A model generated the notes under the pieces. It had not been told where the DNA came from. It searched no databases and worked only from the letters and a program-made list of their open reading frames with translations. A stretch of 64,000 nt of DNA from Raillietiella orientalis (lineage: Eukaryota): contig JAYWIR010000022.1 of the NCBI GenBank assembly GCA_036172245.1, positions 1,302,001-1,366,000 on the forward strand, written 5' to 3'. Made by a program: the position numbers and the translations under genes. This document shows positions 1 through 13,900 of this stretch, one piece after another. Position 1 is the first letter of the stretch, and each line of letters opens with the position of its first letter.

Positions 1-1189
1 GAATCCAATCATTGACGATCTTCGTTCGGAAGCAACACCATTGGTTCGCATATTTATTTATCGATAGTATCTGTTTTCTTTTATGTGAGTCTGCCGCTGT
101 GATTCTTTTATAATTCCGGAATTTGGAAGAATTCGAAACTGCACTCTATTATGAGGAACGCGTTTCCGTATCGAACTGAATCCAAGGCATTTGCTAGACT
201 TTCACTTTCTAAAGAATTCCCCATTTCTAAGATACAGAATCACCAACTGCACGAGCCTTCTGCGTAATATTCCTTGGTACTCCTTCACACAGTAGAAGCA
301 TTGTGATGACTGAAAGAATAAACATTGTCCAAAGGAGAGCAGTGTTACCACCTCTTCCTGGTTTCTTCCTTGTCGTCTAAGTTACCACTACCGTCCTCTG
401 CCAATCTCCATTACCAAAAAGTATTCATACACTCCTCACTGTAGTAAACAAGCAACAGTGATTATTTCTATAAACTTTAATACTGGTTGCCTATCGCAAC
501 TAATGAAGAGAAACCTGCTTGAAGACAGCTTAAAAAATGCCAACCAGCACCTGAACATTTTAAACTGTATCATTTTCTCATTTGCTACTCCATCTCTGCT
601 TGTTTAAGACGAATTTCTGTAGGATCACTCTAGACCAGCACTTGTATTTCTTCGAATTTCGTCTTTTTTTTGTATTTATGTCAGTCATGTTTTACGTACG
701 AGCCTTCTGCAACTGTAATTTTTTTAGTTTTTAAGTCTTGATTACCCAGAATGGGAATGCATCACCTCATTCCACATCTGAGATTCGTAGCCATTTTCCA
801 AATAAACAGCGTTTTAGCTCACAACTGCGTTCCATTCCTTGTTCTTAGTTTTGAAATAGTTTTCCCTGGTCACGAAACAGGACCCCCTCAATGGTCGCTC
901 ACAGAGTCTCTATTCCGTTCCAGTTCTCAGACACCTTTGCTACTTTGACCTTTTTTTTTTCCCGTCAAATGCTGGAATTACCTGTTAAAAACTCTTACTT
1001 GATTCATGAGCTCATTCAATTGTTCTATAGGTACTTCATTGCAAGAGATTTATGAACTAATTAACATTCATCACAAATGCGATCAGATTTCTCTATTTAG
1101 ACGGAGATACAGCTATTGAACCTTCAACATGCATTCATGGTTTTTACAAACTCAGAACGAATTCATCTAATAAGTAAGCATCCATTTAT

Positions 1190-3150
1190 AATCTACCAAC
1201 TGGAAATGTCATCTACAGGCCGGACAGGAATCAGTGCTCAAGAAAGATACCCGCCGAAACTTCGTTAAAGTATGTTGAGACAACATATCCATATCAACTT
1301 CGATGACGAACGCGTTAACGAATGTAAACAAAACAGTCAGAAACGCAAAACAAGAAATGATTACATTACAAAGGGAAATTTGTCACAGCATCATTTACTT
1401 CCCGAAACGATGCACCAGGTAATAAGAAAAGCTGCTATCACATTACGAATCACTTATGCTAAAATAAACCACATCCACTGAGGAGGCTGCACGAAAAAAG
1501 GAATGGAGCAATGTCTTCACTGCCTTATAACTACGCGGAAAGTTGAAGAATTTACTGAATCCAAAAGAGGCAATAATCTAAAAGAAGCATCCTTAATCGC
1601 ATGAACTGAGCATCTTCTGGTCGCTCGATGCAAAAGAGAAATAAGCAAATAGTGCAAACAGCTCAGGAAACGAAAAAAATTCTGAAATTCAAGAGAATCA
1701 CCAAACAAAACGGGAAAACTGAAATCAATACTACGAAATGGACTTTTATACGCATGGTCCATTAAAGAAACTGCTGCAAAAATCTAAACAAAGCTGAAAT
1801 ATAAGGTTGAGGAGCATCATGAAGAGCAAATCATTCAATCATTCAGTAACGTAATTACTAGTATTAAACTATCAGCAAACAAGCAATACAAAGAAAAGTT
1901 ATAACCACTTTGCAAACCCTCTGACTAATTCAGGCTTACAGCTTTAAATTTAGAACTTTGAGGACATTAGACATAAAATCTCATATCTCCAGATCTTTTC
2001 ATTTTAATCCTTTTAATTGTCTAATTTTGTCATGAAATCAGTGTAAAGAATGTTCAGAAATAGATAGAAGACCTCTAATTTTTTTCCATTGATACGATAC
2101 ATTAACTCAAAATGGATCTTGACGTGCAATCGAATCAAAATGACCACTGTTAATGCATGTTAGAGGAAAACACGTGGAATAGAAAACTTGCAAGGCATCC
2201 TTTGAAGAATTGATTTTACCACTCTGAAAACTGCGAATTCGTGGTACTTACCACCATCTAAATCAAAAATGGTCACAGCTAATAAACAGAGTCGTATACT
2301 GTTTAACAGAAGTGTACACTCTCAATCTATTCCATAAGTATGCTAAGAACCTATTCTTGGAACCAAAACCTGCACTGAATTTCTTGTTAGTGGAGCCAAA
2401 CATGATTTGGAGATAAAACAGTCAAGATAGACATTTAAGGAATCAAAAGCCAGCATCTTCTTTCGTCGTTTAGTATTACGCAGAATATGTCTAAGTACAC
2501 TCTTTAATTTTTGGTATGTATGCCTAAATTCCTAGTGTATTTTGGAGTGTGTAATCGAACTGAGCACTTTATAGTCGATATCCAAATATCGACAAGTTTG
2601 GAGGGCAAAAAGTTTTACTACAAGTGTAAATATAAAATAAAGATTTTTATGCTCTTTTGTAAGCGGTAAGTACTTTTCAAGAACGAGGAATTCAATGACT
2701 ACTTCTGTGATGAAAGACATGCAACCCGTTTTTTGTGGAGAATCATCTCGAATAACTGTTGAAATGACTCAGTTAATTGAACCTAAATTGTGGCTTCGAA
2801 ATCTCTCTACATGGCTTGGACGGCAACAAATATTCGTAGCAAACTGGCTGAGGACGAAGCAAACACATCTCGGAAAGACTCTTTCTGCCCATGGACGTTG
2901 TTCAAAACACCAAATGCCTCCGACCAAACAACTTTTATACGGAGAGGCTCCTTCGAAATGTATAGGGAATAACGAACATGGACCATGAGGACTCCGAGGT
3001 GCAATGCAGCTCTTTTCTCTTGCACTACTGACCAATGATTCAAATGAAGAGTTCCATTAGCAGTTTTAGAAGAGAAAAACAGAATTCCAAGGCCACTCGG
3101 AGATGTAAAAGTAAAAGAGGCAAAGAAAAGAGTTGAAGAAGCCAAAAATA
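1190..3150 (+). mobile_element. Decayed non-LTR retrotransposon (RTE-like) ORF2 remnant
   Basis: Broken translations follow LINE ORF2 order: STGRTGISAQE (~1210; cf. GPDGIxAE), NLSQHHLLP (~1377; cf. NYRPISLL), SNVFTAL...NLKEA (~1507-1590; cf. DxIFxL...DLxKAFD), RQVWRAK (~2590), VFCGESS...LWLRNL (~2727-2800; cf. LLYGCESW...CLRxI) and PTKQLLYGE (~2920; cf. LPKQLLYGEL). Many stops and frameshifts. Confidence 0.6.
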
Positions 3151-4877
3151 TCTTCGGGAAAATAAAATATTCGAATTAAAACTACCTATTTTATAATTAG
3201 GATTTCCAATTTTAGCATTTCGAAAATAATGGATGCAAAAATGTTGCGATAGCATTTCAAAAAGTTCAGCAAAATTTCATCAGTTAATTTTGCGGCAGAG
3301 GTACTTTCACTGACCTATTACGACTCGATTACAACCCACTTGTCTGTTGATTGCCCAACGGCTCCAACGGATACCATGTACTTTCCGCCTTCGCTTACTT
3401 GTTTACAAAGGTACAGTGATTTAGGCATCTAACGAATGTACAAATTCGTCGACACGTGAATCTCACCCTCCAGAAACTCTCAGACGCACTCTCAGATGAC
3501 CAAGAATTTTGACTCTTGCAAAACGGAAACATCCCCGAAATGGAAGAACGTTATGCCCATTGAATCGAAGACATTGAGCAAATATTGTAATCCATTCAAG
3601 AAATCTTACACGCCTCGCGGAATCGATGCTTCACACCTCGCAAATGGTTATTTGCTTAATGGGCAAAGATTCACACACCTACATCCCATTTGTGTGTTCG
3701 CTGCAGCAGCTGTGTATTGAATCATTGCTGTGAACCGTATTTGAGCTTAACAAGCCATTAGTAATATTATTATCCACACAAAAGATAAGCGAGATGTTTT
3801 CCTATTTTAAAAAACTTAATAAATTATAGTATGTTTATTATTTTTGCTTTCATGATGAATTCAGTAAACATCGTGTAACCAGTAGTTCACATATACAAGA
3901 TTTCTGCATCGAACTGGAGTATTAATTATTGGGTTAATAATGATAAAATAATTGATGATCCCTTCAACAGAATTTATTAATAACTATATTAATAAGATTC
4001 TTATCAAGGGGGCAGTTGGAGTAGTCTAATGAAGAGTTCAGCAGCCAAGATTACTGCAGTGTTGACATTTCAGTCTCAGGATGTATGAGTTACAATGAGT
4101 AACCACGATCAAAATTAGACGATTAGAATACTTCTAAAGAGCATTGAGGAATGAAAGTTATGTTGCTTTCGCCCACTTGGAAACGTGGTTTTCGTTTACA
4201 AATATTCCTTCAATGCTTTTATCCAATGTTCAAACCATCCTTCACTGCTTTAAAACTACGGTGATTAAAATACCTAAATTGAGCATATCTGAGGTTCTCA
4301 GTTTAGACGCATCACATTCACGGAGAAGGATCGGAAGAATACGTGCAGGAAGAATCTCCACCCCTCGCCCAATTACTACAAAATCGAAAGACACAGTTAA
4401 TGCAAAACGGACGCCATATGCCAATCCATGCTAACAAATCCTGGGTTCCATTTGGGTGTGAAGCAGCATAATTTTTTGAGCACGGGTTTTAATTATGATC
4501 ACTTGTGCTGACTCAGTCCGTATGGCATTTGAAACAGAATTGAAGTTGCCAAGTACGAAGCTAATTAAATACGAACGTGTCGATTCCGAGTCGTAATTTT
4601 CACTCACTTGCTTCACCTCTTGCAAGATACTATGGACGCTAATCTGGGAAATACAAGGTTGCTCGAGAACATGATTCCAATCAGAGAAGTTTCACGATTA
4701 GCTTCAAGATTAGATACCTTTAATTTTTACGTGTTTGTCGCATGTACTGTGTAGTAAAAAAAAAAAGAGTACACGAAATCACGATTTACAACTCAGATAC
4801 TGGCATATGCGGGGAAAAACAACATGAGAAATTCGCATTTATAAGTTTGCTTCTAAAAACGAAATGAAGAAACCTAC

Positions 4878-5255
4878 GTATTCTCCCAATGCTTTCATTC
4901 CTGAGGGAAATCGTTCAGGATCACCGTACAATCTTCCATCCTGGTCTCTATCTTTGGCCATCCAGCAGTCGTCCAAGATGATGGTGTCATAGCCAAAAGA
5001 CATATAATCGTCGTTTACTAAGTGATCGGCCATTGTCCGGTACAGATTTTCACTGAATCCAAGTAGCCCGTAACATCGATCACTTTTCCATCATACATAC
5101 CTGATGCAAACATCCGGACGTAGTTGGCAGCTTGTAATGCATCGAAATCTTTGCCATGACAACCATCCCATCGGGGGAGTTAAGGCGAGTCCGTTATCTA
5201 AGCCGTATGCAACATGTAAAATATAAAAATGCACATAAAATAGGAAATATGCCAT
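4878..5255 (-). CDS. NAGA: GH27 alpha-N-acetylgalactosaminidase / alpha-galactosidase, first two coding exons only (5255-5101, 5052-4878)
   Basis: Signal peptide followed by [21 protein letters not shown], a 48-nt GT-AG intron (5100-5053), then [13 protein letters not shown]...[35 protein letters not shown] and a GTAGGT donor at 4877. These are hallmark GH27 N-terminal motifs. NAGA versus GLA cannot be settled from this fragment. Confidence 0.9.
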
Positions 5256-8200
5256 CGTGATGGAAGTAATAAATGTATACAAAATACAATTATGTGTTTA
5301 ACTGCTCATAAAGGGTGGTGGTATAAACTGAAATATACGATTTTCGAATTAGAAATCTTCCGCCTGCAGATGAATACTTTTAAGACATCAGTCATGGATG
5401 AAAGACGATCTCGAAAAAATGGCACGCATCACTCATCTCCAGTGGCAGCCACTCACGATAGGGACGTAAACACGAAAAAACCTCAACCGAAATGATTTCA
5501 ACACTTTTAGGAAACGACGAACACAGTGAGACGACACAAAATAACAGTTGTGTCTTTGAGTTTTTCTTGAGCTTTTACTTTTAAGCCTCTCTGCACGTTG
5601 AAAACGAAAGATTCGATGTCATGCCCGTCGGACGAATGGATGGTAATCCGTCGTCGTCGTTGCATGGCTCGAACACGAGAACTTGTGAAAGGTATTACTC
5701 AAGTACTATCTGACACGAGTAGTTCACCATGCAGATAGTTCAAGAAAAGACGATCTCCGGAGAACGAATCACGTTAAAGATGGATCAAAAAACCAGGAAG
5801 TTGGCACAAATCCCAAGTCTCACATCATACAACACACTGTTGACCTTTAAAGCCAGAAATGGATGCACATTAGTTTCAATTCCAGTTCATTTATCATTAT
5901 TATTCGAATTGAAAAAAAATTGGCGTTGATAAAAGGTAAATTCAAATACACTTACATTTAGTACACTTGCAAAGTTAAATCGGAAACTACCCCAAAACAC
6001 GGACGATTAAAAAAAATAAAAGAAAATAGGAACAACGAAACACCGTTCCAAGTGTCCCATTAGAGAATGAAATATTTTCTCAGCAAACTCTAAATCCAAC
6101 GAGGAAGAGGACACATAAATGGATCACTGCAGCTCCACAGAACCCTCGACAAAATGTTGGTTCGGACACTCACGTGCGGAAGTTTACCACCGGCTTGTTG
6201 ATGAACAACATGCAAGACGAAACGACTTTCCAGAATTCATATATATAATGCATTATCATTAGGAAATACGTCAGATAGGAATAAAGTACTATGCACTCGA
6301 TTCTACCAATGATGAAGGAAAAATATGGAGATACCGGTTAAAACATTTACAACTGTACCAGACGTGTCAATTACTTCGGTACAAACTAAACACTGATTTG
6401 TTTCCCACTCGTTTGCACTCTAATACACATTTCAAGGATTCAATTAGTACAGAAATGCCAAACTAAATTAAATTTCAATCAATCCATTCGTTTCGAATTT
6501 GTAAAATTGCTGCTTAATTTCAGTGTTTTTGAAATTGTATCTTGAAACTTCCTCGCAAATTATAAAATATTTTGAAAAACATCGTGTTCTTTTATAATAC
6601 TTTGAACTCTTGTACAGCATCATAATTTTATCCACCAACAAATGGATCGCAAACCTTTCAAATCATAAGCTGTACATAGTGTTTAAATTGACGAAGATTT
6701 TCATGACTTATCTGACAATGAAACTCTGATTTGATTTTTGTTCATGAAACGCGGAAATGATCATCAAAAAAGTTGCTATCAAATATCGATGACATTTCTT
6801 AATTTAATAAGGATTCAAAATCTTGTAAAACCTAAGATTCTATGGATAGATACGATATGAACTTTTATAAATATTTTGAAAGTAGCAGATAATTATTAGG
6901 TTGCAAAACATTAAGCCAGTTAAGTAAAAAAAAAAAAAAAACAACAACACGCATACAAAAATTATAAGTTGATAGATGTAAACCAAAGCAGAATGAAATG
7001 ACGAATTCATTCGAGACTTTGCCTAAAAACACTCACAAGTAGCCATGGTTTTTTGAGAACACATATCAGGGCTTTCGGGTTGAGAGAGACGAATTTCTCC
7101 AGGAGAAATAGCTGATTCAACTGATGGATCACTGAAATTCCTGTTTCAGTAGGATAATGCAGTAGAAGGATATAGAATTATCAAATCCGATCAATACATC
7201 GAACAGTAATTCCCAAAATTTTTCCTTCTGATCCAGGTTTACAGCCTTCAGATCTGTGAAAGGACTTTTAGAGGGAGAGGTATCGGGAAACAAGTCCTTT
7301 GTTACCAGAATGCCAGGTTTAGGGGAATATCAAAGTTAGAAGTCTAACTGAGCTATCCATCACCAGACCTTTGAAACCTGATTTATCCCGATTGAAAACA
7401 ATAGAATAAATGACAAAGTATTCTCAGGGGCTCTAAGGTTCTAACATCTCAAGATCATTTAAAATTTCATTTTTTTTAAAAATTGTATTGGAATGTAATT
7501 GTATGTTGAGATTTCTAGCAGTATCACTTTCCTTTATCATGCTAATTCCATTTTTCAATGTATGAATAAAAAATAACGAATAATGTTTCCGTTCCTTTTT
7601 GGTGACATATGCTTCAGATTCCATGCTTCTATTTCAGCAATCTAGATTGCTAAAATTACCATTATTTAAAAAACTCGTGTAATATAGCAATGTAAATTCG
7701 ATTTATAACAACTTATGAGATAACCGTGACTATATTACATATAGTTCAAATTTACAATTGGTTCACTTTATAAGTCAGTGATCTGTGAAACTGATCCAAT
7801 AATGACAATCTCGGCATCAGTAATCATACTGATGCATAGGAAACTGTAGACGAACATGGCCATAATAATGAAATATAAACACAGTCATTCTATAAAAAAC
7901 GAAATTGAACTTGAGACAGATTTTTATATGCAAACGGCAATAGTTGGTGAGAATGGTACTGAAATATGAAATAACATGAAGACTAAACACTGATTTTCCA
8001 GCTTAAATGCTTCCAAATATGTAATTGTTCACATTTACATAAACGTTAGTGTTCATATTTCAATTATCAGCTCATTTCATTAAATCAATTCCACTGCTAT
8101 ATTTAATATTTTCTTGGAACACTGCAATCAGTATACTATTAAATAAATGGAGACTTCTTAGAATGACTTTTTAGAATCTCATTTTGAAAAGTAGAACTTG

Positions 8201-10479
8201 CATTGGAAAAAAAAAATTCTAATGACAACTCTGTCGTTGACTTTTGTATTCAAAGGATCATCTTTTATGATTGTCATGCATTTATGGTTAGCTGTGCTGA
8301 TCACAAGTCAACTTATGTCTGAAATCTCTGGCTTCGTTTTCTTGATTTCGGTCATTTTCCAGTGACTTTGAATACTGAACTGATAAGGTACGTCCTTTGT
8401 TTTCTTGTTGTACTCCAGCTGTGTTAGCATATTCCAATGCATTCACAATTTTCTTTCACGGATAAGTCTCTCAAATGTTTTCTTTAAGCTTCTTCACCAG
8501 ATGATATTTTCCCGATAACCATGCCTTTTCTGCAAAACTGACAGTTTCAATATAGTTTAAGTATTATTATCGAAGATTCAAAAGCACTCCTAACGTCTCG
8601 AATGAGGGTGTTTTTTTAAAAAAAAATTGCCTTCCCGATATTCGAAGATTATTTATCTAACATCGTAAAAGATAATTATGTTGAATACTCAGTAATTGAA
8701 ATGATTTTTAGGATTTTTCTTTCCAACTGAACAATATTTCGGCAGGAAATTCAATCCCTGTATTTCTTGAAATAAAATTTGCTTTCGCGAATGGATATTC
8801 TACCTTCCTAAATTCACTTCCATTTGAAATCCAGTTAGGAAAGATCTTCAAATTTATTAATTTAAATATTCCAATTATTTCATGCTTTGATCGTGGGTTG
8901 ATATTCATTAAATCAAGCATGCTGACTATTCGTTGATTAAAAATGCAATTGTCAGCCATGGTTTGGTTCCATGACATCAAAGCTGAACGTAAATGGCAAA
9001 AGTACATCTTCTAAAGATCATCGGAAAACATTTTCGGTTTCAAATATCGTTTGCTATAACATAATCTTACAGTGACCTTTTTTTATACAGACGTGGCAAG
9101 TTTCAGATTCTGTTGTGATGCAGTCTTCTCCATTAGAACAGAATTGCGAACTGTGGTCAGTCCCTGTACATCCTATTCTGAATGCTCTTATGACCGTATA
9201 TGACGTACTGTCATATTCCGATATTATTCATTGCATTGGATTTATCGGTTTTCCTTTAAGGTTTGCGTTCGTTTCTATTTTTTTCTTCTTATTCTATGTT
9301 CATTTTTTCCATTTTTGTCGAACTGATTGCAATGTACATTGTGAATTGTGAATTTCTTGATCATTTCTTATTCCAGAACGACGTGCAGGTGAATCGTTTT
9401 TTATCACGTAAAAAACAAATACAAGTCATTGTTCAGCAAGGTCTTGGAGATCAATTTTTTAATTATCTCTTTAAATATTTGCAATACATTGCAAAATCAT
9501 GTATTGAAAGCATGTATTAGGCATCACATAAGGTACCAAATGGTCGTTCATATCAGGGACTTATATACCAACTTTCTTTCCTTATGAAAGGCATTTTCTA
9601 ACTTTTATGATAATAGCATTCCTTCAGTCCTCTTATAAAGCTTCTCAATTGGAAGTTATTATTTTGGAAGGAACTGTCACGTTATATGGTAATGTTCAGT
9701 TAATTTATCAGGCCTTAATCGTCAAGAATGCACAACTTTTCTCAGGTGAACAGATACATTGAGTTCAATTTAAGGCTCCCAAAGTTATAAACAAGTGAAA
9801 CTCTTCAATGATTAAATGAACTGACTCTAGTTGTTGTCACACCCTCAATCCAATGTATTTACTTGCAATACAAGTAGAAAGACTTTTAATATAAAGTTTT
9901 CTTAATGAAATTTCATGTGGAAGTATTTAATATCAAAAAACTTTTAAAAGTAGGAATTGAAAGGAAAATAATTATTTTTTTGCAGTAAAACTAAGAACTA
10001 CTCTCAGAGTGCGTAGCTACAATATTAGTAAGGTAAAATTATGGTTGCAAACCTTTTAATAGTAAATGTGAAGGATAACGTTTTGGTATACAAAAGAGCA
10101 TTGGTTTAGACTCCAGTTCAGAAAAAATAAAGACACAATGAACAAAGAATTGCAAACATTCTTGGAATTTCTTGAAATGTTTTCCGATGAAATATGATTC
10201 TAGGCATGGCTCCATTTCTTCTTTTGTAAACTCCATAAAAGGTGTCAGCCAGATAGATGCGGAAAAATTGCAAATTTACTGACTTAACGATTTTCAGATT
10301 GTTGCTGCTGATTCCATGAATATTTCAGCATTTTTTTTAAAATAAACTTTTTTTTTTTTAGTTTACATATCCACTATGCAAGTATAAAGTTCATAGTCTG
10401 AACACCAGCATTTTGAAATATACTGCTCTTTCAGTGCAGTATTAGTGTTCTTTGAAATCTCGATGAAATTTGCATGTAT

Positions 10480-10820
10480 GCAACGCTCGAATCTTTGCTT
10501 TTGTTGTTTTCGTTTTCGTTTTCGTTTTTTTTTTTTTTTTATAAATTACAAGCTTGCAGCTCTAAAGTGCGAAAGCGTGGTTCGTCTATCGGACGAAATG
10601 TGCGTGGATACTTGGAATTAGAAGTACTGTTTTGCAAATAAGAGTGCATGTAATTTTCATTAATTTGTGATGGAAAACTAGTTTGGTTTTGAACTATCAA
10701 CTATTCTGTATACTAAAGCCCCCCATCCTTGCTTCTGATTTTCAAAAATGCTTGGAGGAATGGTATGTCTCGAGGTATCTTGAAACACTACGTTCGCAAG
10801 TGCGACGAGTTTGTAAAGGT
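10480..10820 (+). promoter_or_regulatory. CpG-rich putative promoter / first-exon region of FHIP1
   Basis: Local cluster of CG dinucleotides immediately before a strongly CpG-depleted gene body. Inferred from composition only. Confidence 0.45.
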
Positions 10821-13424
10821 GTGGTTCCTAAAAGGTGCTAAAAATAATGCATTAGGTCTTAACAGGAAATAAAGTTGTTTGAAAGAGTCCCCTAGAAGAA
10901 ACCGTAGAATAGCAGTAAATTTGGTAAATTTACTTTATCAAGAATAATGGGTAATTTATGCTGTTTCTTAGTTAAGTGCGCCTCAACGTAAATTGCATCC
11001 ACTGTTATCGACTCCAAGTGAATGGATTGTTATCAACTTCAACATGACCAAAGAATCATTAGACCCTAATGTATGTCTGTTAACCTTTTCCAAACACTGG
11101 AATGAAATTAATGAAATCATCAAAAGAAAGGTAAAGCATACGTGATCTTCCATACAAGGTTTCAGAGTAACAATTTGAAGACTTTATCTCTGAATTGTGT
11201 GTTTTTATTTACGAATATTTGTTTTAAGCATGTATTTAAATGTACAACTAATCATTTCTTTAAATGTTTAGGAAGTGGAAGATGATGAGATATTATCCAT
11301 GTTAAACCATGTACAACAAATATGCAACCTACTTGCTATGGCTGAAAACACAAGCATGGGCTTGCAACAGATGCTGTTATTGGAGATACAAAAACAAGAA
11401 GTCCTTAGCAAATTTGCCAAGTGGATGCATTATTGTCCAATAGAGTTTGCACCATGTTTACTTCAAGAGCAACTGAGATTACATAGCTTTGTTTTATCAG
11501 TTGGGATATATTTGTATTTGAGTAGTTCCTGTTTTTCTGCATTGTATCAGTTGCTGATTCTTTATCAGAAAATGGATGATCTCATATTTAGATCTGTTTT
11601 ATTAACATTAATGAGCCAAATTTTTTTACTATTGCATCAGCATCCTGAGTATTTGAAATTGTTACATTATCAAGATAAACCACAATTAGGAGATCGGTAA
11701 AGTTCTAAATAGTCATCCTTGCTGCTATATTTTGGTTTAGTGATCCTGACCTTTTGTATTCAGTGTTGGTTCCAATAATGTATGATAAATCTCCAGTTGG
11801 AGAGTGGGCACGAAATGTGCTCATCCTTGGAATCTCTTTATCTTGGAATGATCAAAATTTAGCCAATTATTTGGCTGAGAAATCTAATCTATTACATGTA
11901 AGGAAAATTTAGCAAATGATGGAATTCTTGATTGCTGCAGGTATTAGCCTCTGGACTCACAGGGCTATATTCCATGCTACCTCAAGAATTGCACATTAAC
12001 AATTCTGACTGGGGCCGATTCTCTCCCAAGGAAGTTAAGGAAGACCCAGAAATATCCCTGTTTGTTGCACATTGGCAGTTTTGTGAAAACTTATTAGAAA
12101 TTTCACCATCTGTAGTCCAGTGTAAATTTCTTGATTCATTGCATCAGATTTTTTTATTACCAATTCTTGTACCCAATGTTCTGCAGGTAAGAATAATGGA
12201 TTTTATTTTATCATTTCTATGATTGTGTTAGTTGCAAGTAGCGGTTGCTGCTACTTCGTATTTGGAGTTGTTGTTGCGTCATTCACATGTTAAAGTTCTC
12301 CAAAACACGTTGATAAAGTTGCTTTTGGATTCACAGCAGCCTGTTTTAGTCACCATCATGGCAAGGTTAAAGGATTCACATGAAGTATGTGTGGTTCTGA
12401 CATTTGCAACAAAAGTGACATGTTTGTGCTAGTTGGGTAGAGTCACTATCAGTTTGATGGAAACACTGATTCGACTTAACTGTGAGCAATTTACAAGAGC
12501 CATCATGCCTGATTGCCATTCAGTTTCTTCTCTGAAAACCTTGCCACAAAGTTTGCTGAACTTAACCCCATGTTGTTGTATTAAACCTATTCTTGCTGAA
12601 CTCAGTTATCTACCTTGGGCCATGGATACAGTACAGATGTATTCCCAAACTCATTATCAGGAATGTGGCTGGTCTGATTGTTCGCCTTCTGCAAGCAGTG
12701 GATATGAGAGTTCACATATACTTGATGAAAAATCTGCAAATCAGGCAGAACATTTGCACCTCATTGTAGAAGAGTTGGAGATACTTCTGGAACAGCTGTC
12801 CTGTCATGGTTCGGAAATTTCTGATACAGATGCTTGTGTTGTGCAGCAGCTCTCAAAGAGCAGTCATGTGACTGCATTGTTTTCCTGTGCATCAGCATTA
12901 TTCGTTTCCCTGCTCACTCCCTTGACATCCTTTTGGATGTTGAATATGTATTTCCTGTTGCAGTTGACAAGTGCTTGGAGTCACTTGATTGCCCAGCCAG
13001 GGGGACTAGTACTTCTACATGAGGAAGCTCCTTTATGGTGTTTGTTAACAGAACTCAAACGAGAAGTTGATGAACAGATTGCACAGATGCCTCAGTGTCC
13101 ATCACTGATGACAAAAGCTCAGGATTTTTTGCATGAAAGAGAGCAGTTTATATGTATGGGTCATGAATCAAGTGTGTTCTCCAAAAGAGATAAGCAGCAG
13201 AAGTTTAGTCACTGGTTTCACCAATCAATGAGAAAGCGTCAGATTACATTTGGTCGTCCCAAGTCAGTCCGTAGGTTAGTGTTAACAATATGAAAAGTCT
13301 ATATAATTTTTTATATAGTTCAGAAACTGTGTCCCGAATGGCTCGTATTCTTGTGTTTGCAGAATGGCTTCAAGAGCTAGCAGCTATAGTGTTTGCTCAA
13401 AATAAGTTGGTTGAAAATTGCTGA
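10765..13424 (+). CDS. FHIP1: FHF complex subunit HOOK-interacting protein 1 (FAM160A / RAI16-like family). Exons ~10765-10818 (tentative), 10972-11130, 11272-11696, 11741-11897, 11941-12186, 12232-12384, 12433-13274, 13319-13424
   Basis: DPNVCLLTFSKHWNEI (cf. DPETCLMVFKNHWSQV), LLYSVLVPIMYDKSPVGEWARNVLIL, VLASGLTGLYSMLP (cf. VLATGLSGLYSSLP) and C-terminal VFAEWLQELAAI (cf. IFPEFLKELAAI). Frame-consistent GT-AG introns of 43-48 nt. The start could alternatively be the ATG at 11044. Confidence 0.9.
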
Positions 13425-13900
13425 ATTTTGCATTTCGCACCCAGTGGGATCAGGTCCTGTTGATTATGCAGTCAGCTGCAGTGAATAGTGTGTTGTTCAC
13501 AAGTAGTTAGAACAGCATACTTTTTTGAGGCTACTGTTTAACAAATGTTTAATCAGAACTACACAGTAAAATGAACTGCTGGGGATTTGGCTTGGACCAT
13601 CAGCATTACAATAGCAGATGGAAAAGCAAGTGGGGTTAAAAGATGGCTTGGTAATTATGATGGTGTGCAATTCTAGAACTTTGCAAATTGGACACACAGT
13701 ATTGCAATAAACTATTAGGAAAAATCTCCAGGAAATCAATAGCCTAAGTTCATTTTAAGCGTTGTCACATACAGATTCAATCAAGAAAAATTCAGCAGTT
13801 TGCCATCATGATCATCATGAAAAATGAACTAAAAAAAGGATACCATAGCACTAAAAATATGTATTATGCATAACACAGTAAGAATCCCTCATCATAGAGG

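Noticed and set aside
11500..11550. Possible 51-nt in-frame intron in FHIP1
   Set aside because: Weak donor, and the translated segment fills a region present in FHIP1 homologues, so it was treated as coding.
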